A stretch of DNA of 63,994 bases, the filler included, from an uncultured Myxococcia bacterium (GTDB taxonomy: Bacteria > CAZTWC01): assembly GCA_964617105.1 (NCBI GenBank). It is 4 parts of 4 records of this genome, joined end to end, with 100 filler letters (N's around TTAATTAATTAA, not from the genome) between each part and the next. Parts side by side here need not be neighbours in the genome. Positions count along the whole stretch, not along the records: positions 53,645 to 63,994 come from CAZTWC010000114.1; 3 more parts are not named here. One strand, written 5' to 3'. The notes under the pieces are model-generated. The model was not told the DNA's origin, searched no databases, and saw nothing but the letters and a program-made list of their open reading frames with translations. Below are positions 60,807 through 63,994 of this stretch, one piece after another; position 1 is the first letter of the stretch, and every line of letters starts with the position of its first letter. Both the position numbers and the translations under genes were made by a program.

Positions 60807-62231
60807 ATGAAATTCATTTTACCTATGCTGTGTCTCTATTTTGGATTGGCTGTTTTTTCTGCCTCTATTTTGGCTGGTGAAAATAACAACTCAACATCTA
60901 TGATAAGGGAAACAAACAGAGAGGGTAGTTCAACCAAAATCGATTCCCTTCTGCACAGGCAAAAGCCCAAAATAAGTGCCGGAAAATCTCTTAGTCTCAA
61001 AAATGCCTTTGAATTAGCGGCAAAAAAGAATCTCAATCTGGCCCAAACCAGAAAAGAGATTGAGATAGCCCGGGCAGAGTTGAAAACCGCTTGGGGTCGA
61101 ATCCTACCCATAGGTGGCAGCAATTTGGCTTATACTATAAACGACCATGCCGACGAAGCCAAAATGGCGGGTGGACAAGCGGTCGAAGTGCGTACCCGCT
61201 ACAATTTACGGGGCAATATCCAAATCAATCTTCCGCTGGTGAATGCGCAAGCCTGGCAGGGTATAAACCTGGGAAAGATCAACCTGAACATTCGTGAAAT
61301 AAACCTAAAAATGGCTAAACAGGTTCTCTACCTCTCGGTAGCCCAGACCTATTTTTCTGCCCTGACTTTGCTCGGATTTATCCAAATCCAGGAAAATCAA
61401 ATCGATACTATTGGCAAACATCTAAAAATTGCCAACCTCCGCCACCGATCGGGCACCGGTTCTCTGGTAGATGTATTGAGAATCCAGACCGACCTGGCTA
61501 CAGCCCATGAAGAATTGATAAAATCACACTTTTCTCTGGACAATGTCCGGGATGTACTGGCCCAGTTAGTTGGAATCAAGGGATTACCTTTGCCAACCGC
61601 CCCTCCGGAAATATCATTGCCAGAAAAATGGACGGAAAAAGAAACGAACTATAAGAAAATTGCCGAAAACCAACGCTATAATCTAAAAATCGCCAACAAA
61701 ATGGTTACCCTGGCAAACCAACAATTAACAGTATCCTGGATGCAATTTGTGCCAACCCTCAACGCTTCGTGGCAACTCTCCTATCTGTTTTCTGAACCAA
61801 CTACCTTTGGCTCCCAGGACAGATCCCGCTGGCTACTGGGTATTACCCTCTCCATCCCCTTGTTTAACCACACTTTTTATGCTGATCTCGACAAAAAACG
61901 GGCACAATTGGGCAAGGCAACCTTACAAGCCATCGATACCAGAAGAAAAATCGGTCTGGAATTGCGCAAAACTACCAGAAAATACAAAAATTCCATAGAA
62001 GAATTAGAGTTGGCCAGAACAAAGTCACATCTGGCTCAAAAAGCCTTGAAACTGGCAGAAACAGCCTATGAGCATGGCACTGGATCTTCTCTGAGTGTCA
62101 CTGATACCAGAAGAATGAGTCGCCAAGCAGAGATCAGCCTGGCCATCAAACGCTACAACTCCCAATTAACCCTGCTCGAATTAATATATTCTATTGGCAA
62201 CGATATCGAAGCGATTGGTGATAATCACTGA
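60807..62231 (+). CDS. TolC-family outer membrane efflux protein
   Basis: Signal peptide, LSLKNAFELA..KN..L, two OEP-like halves (GTGSLVDVL, GTGSSLSV), LSIPLF. Confidence 0.88.
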   Translation: MKFILPMLCLYFGLAVFSASILAGENNNSTSMIRETNREGSSTKIDSLLHRQKPKISAGKSLSLKNAFELAAKKNLNLAQTRKEIEIARAELKTAWGRILPIGGSNLAYTINDHADEAKMAGGQAVEVRTRYNLRGNIQINLPLVNAQAWQGINLGKINLNIREINLKMAKQVLYLSVAQTYFSALTLLGFIQIQENQIDTIGKHLKIANLRHRSGTGSLVDVLRIQTDLATAHEELIKSHFSLDNVRDVLAQLVGIKGLPLPTAPPEISLPEKWTEKETNYKKIAENQRYNLKIANKMVTLANQQLTVSWMQFVPTLNASWQLSYLFSEPTTFGSQDRSRWLLGITLSIPLFNHTFYADLDKKRAQLGKATLQAIDTRRKIGLELRKTTRKYKNSIEELELARTKSHLAQKALKLAETAYEHGTGSSLSVTDTRRMSRQAEISLAIKRYNSQLTLLELIYSIGNDIEAIGDNH

Positions 62232-62316
62232 CATCACCAAAACCTGCTCTGGTAAGAGTGACCAATAAAATGATACTAAATAATGCAATCGATAATTTAT
62301 TAACCATTTTTTTCTC

Positions 62317-63417
62317 CTAAAAGTGGATTTCCAAGGTTAACTGTAATCTGCTTTCATTCTGCTTTGATGATTTATAAAAAGCCCGGTCATAGTCGAGAAG
62401 GATTTTGTGGTGGTCGGTTAGGTGATAAGCAATACCGCCGATTACGCGTGATACTTCGTCATTTTCTATTTGAGAGTCATAATCAAAATAATCGTACCGG
62501 CCAATCAGAGAACAATGGATTTGGGGAATTTTGACCTCACCAAATACCGAATAACCGCTCCTGTCTTGTGCCTCACCGGTGCTTTTATCCACGGCTGTTC
62601 CTTTTTGATTTCCTTTCCCTGTATAATAGGTACCCGTCAAAGCCAAATATTGGTGCTCATAAGAAAGAAATCCCATATGAACTGTCCAGTCTGGCTCTGC
62701 TTTATCGTTTCCCTTACCAAAAACACCGAAATAGGAGAGTTGTAAACCTGGGAAGAAATCGGGCAACGGCCTGATTGTCAATCTGCCCTCCACCACTTTA
62801 TTTTTATTAATCTCTTTGGCATGATAACCCCCACCATTATAGACACCCACGGCAAAACTGCCGTATCTGCCAGGATATTTTTTACTTACCCTCTGTTGAT
62901 ATTCCTTATCCATCTCTCCGCCCAACAGGGCAAAAAAAGTTAAACCAAAATCAGCCGAATTAAAGGTACTATTTTTTTCGATAAACATGGTGTCTTGAAG
63001 TCGATAATAATTGATATGCTCTTCAAAATCTAGCCAGGGGCCGTGAACCTGACCAACCTCCAGGGCAGGATTGGTTAAAAAAAACAAATCGGGAAAATGA
63101 AACTTACCATAGGCATATTTGAGCCTAACCTTTAAATCGCCAACTGAATCCTGGTGAGCATCGGGGGTAATTCGACCAGAAAACCATTTGGTGAACTTTT
63201 TTTTGATGTTAATGTACGATCTTTTTACTTTAAAAACACTGTCACCACTATTTTCCTGATGTTGAAATGAGAGGTACCAAACTCCGCCTATAGAGAGCCC
63301 TTTTAATCCTTTTGGTAATTCCTGTTCGGAAGCATAAACCGAATTGCTGCCAAAGGCCAAGAACAGACAGATAAAAAGAGTCTGAATCACATTTCTTTTC
63401 ATTAAGTTTACCTCCAT
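62317..63417 (-). CDS. Outer-membrane beta-barrel porin (OprO/OprP-like)
   Basis: Signal peptide, FKVKRSYINI, RLKYAY, GVYNGGGY, RYDYFD, terminal LEIHF beta-signal. Confidence 0.7.
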   Translation of the reverse strand: MEVNLMKRNVIQTLFICLFLAFGSNSVYASEQELPKGLKGLSIGGVWYLSFQHQENSGDSVFKVKRSYINIKKKFTKWFSGRITPDAHQDSVGDLKVRLKYAYGKFHFPDLFFLTNPALEVGQVHGPWLDFEEHINYYRLQDTMFIEKNSTFNSADFGLTFFALLGGEMDKEYQQRVSKKYPGRYGSFAVGVYNGGGYHAKEINKNKVVEGRLTIRPLPDFFPGLQLSYFGVFGKGNDKAEPDWTVHMGFLSYEHQYLALTGTYYTGKGNQKGTAVDKSTGEAQDRSGYSVFGEVKIPQIHCSLIGRYDYFDYDSQIENDEVSRVIGGIAYHLTDHHKILLDYDRAFYKSSKQNESRLQLTLEIHF

Positions 63418-63939
63418 GATTAGTTATTATAAATTTACTTTGATCAGCCTTGCGCTGTGGGATATTACTAAATCAAAATTGTCATTATCGATTTTATCGA
63501 CATATTACCATTTGTCATCTTAAATACCTATATCATTAAGGGGCAATGTTAACGAAGCACATTCTGGATTACAGAGATAGCAATTCAGTTTTTTCTGGAT
63601 TTTTGAGTGCCCAATGGCGCTTTCACCTCTTCAATCGGCTGATTAACAGTGGGCGCTTAATAAACCCCAACAGTTAATATCTATTGCAATATTTTGTTTT
63701 TTAGGTTATAAAATAATTGGATCTTGTTATTTTGTCAAGAACGTCTACAATAATAAATACCATGAATAAGAGCAATACTCACCCCCCCCCCGGGGAAAAC
63801 CCTGCATAAACAGCAGGTTAAGGGAAAAGCGCTACTCATCTGCAGTTTGCATAAATCTATTGATAACACTACTAACATTACTGGAAGATCCAATTTGTCT
63901 GTGTTGGGTAATTGCTCGCCAACTGCGCCAGTGCCCAGG

Positions 63940-63994
63940 TGATCTGGTCAAGTAAAAATGGACAATTTCCTAAGCCGCTTTTCTCATAGCCATC
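63940..63994 (-). mobile_element. End of an IS3-family-like element (terminal IR plus last transposase codons), cut by the window edge
   Basis: TGATCTGGTCAAGTAAAAATGGACA resembles IS3-type IRs (TGATCT...TGGACA); minus strand reads ...MAMRKAA* with stop at 63970-63972. Confidence 0.6.

Noticed and set aside
63479-63518. Pho-box-like TTGTCAT pair 33 bp apart upstream of the porin
   Set aside because: Intermediate 11-bp units do not match, and the orientation is opposite to the gene
63539-63668. Possible MITE bounded by GGGGCAATGTTAA / TTAATAAACCCC
   Set aside because: The inverted repeat is too degenerate; no target duplication or second copy

Overview
Bacterial DNA of moderate-to-low GC, most likely from a draft or metagenome-assembled genome. 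It consists of four unrelated contigs joined by artificial 100-nt linkers (N44-TTAATTAATTAA-N44 at 17869-17968, 35776-35875 and 53545-53644), so gene adjacency across linkers means nothing. The gene content suggests a Deltaproteobacteria/Myxococcota-like organism (RomR-like receiver, CglD-like TSP3-VWA lipoprotein, MYXO-CTERM-like tail, myxobacterial-type SPOR protein). Contig 1: TPR protein, gatCAB, mtnA, a 925-aa membrane-anchored acidic coiled-coil protein with an internal repeat, rph, rdgB, then on the minus strand efp, aroQ, sirtuin, DASS transporter, SPOR protein, meaB and acyl-CoA dehydrogenase. Contig 2: cyclase-STAND-TPR protein, glpD, a chemosensory cluster without cheY (cheR-cheA-cheB-PilZ-MCP-cheW-MORN), a GerMN-amidase, AmmeMemoRadiSam radical SAM, and a RomR-like pseudo-receiver preceded by a GC-rich hairpin. 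Contig 3: 7TM-DISM sensor, CglD-like adhesin, leuACDB-asd, B12 radical SAM, Tat-signal TldD plus PmbA, secreted lysophospholipase, a 109-nt highly structured intergenic element, HEAT protein, broken fni and a degenerate GGDEF protein. Contig 4: IS remnants, AAA-DUF4143 ATPase, vapBC, RND pump and a porin. I saw no rRNA, tRNA or CRISPR array. Best leads: two candidate structured RNAs, the CheY-less/PilZ chemosensory module with a pseudo-receiver bearing tandem FliM/CheZ-like motifs, the repeat coiled-coil protein, a dispersed IS200/605-like palindrome, and a 16-bp repeat at a fixed position before two promoters. All family calls come from motif recognition by eye; no searches were run.
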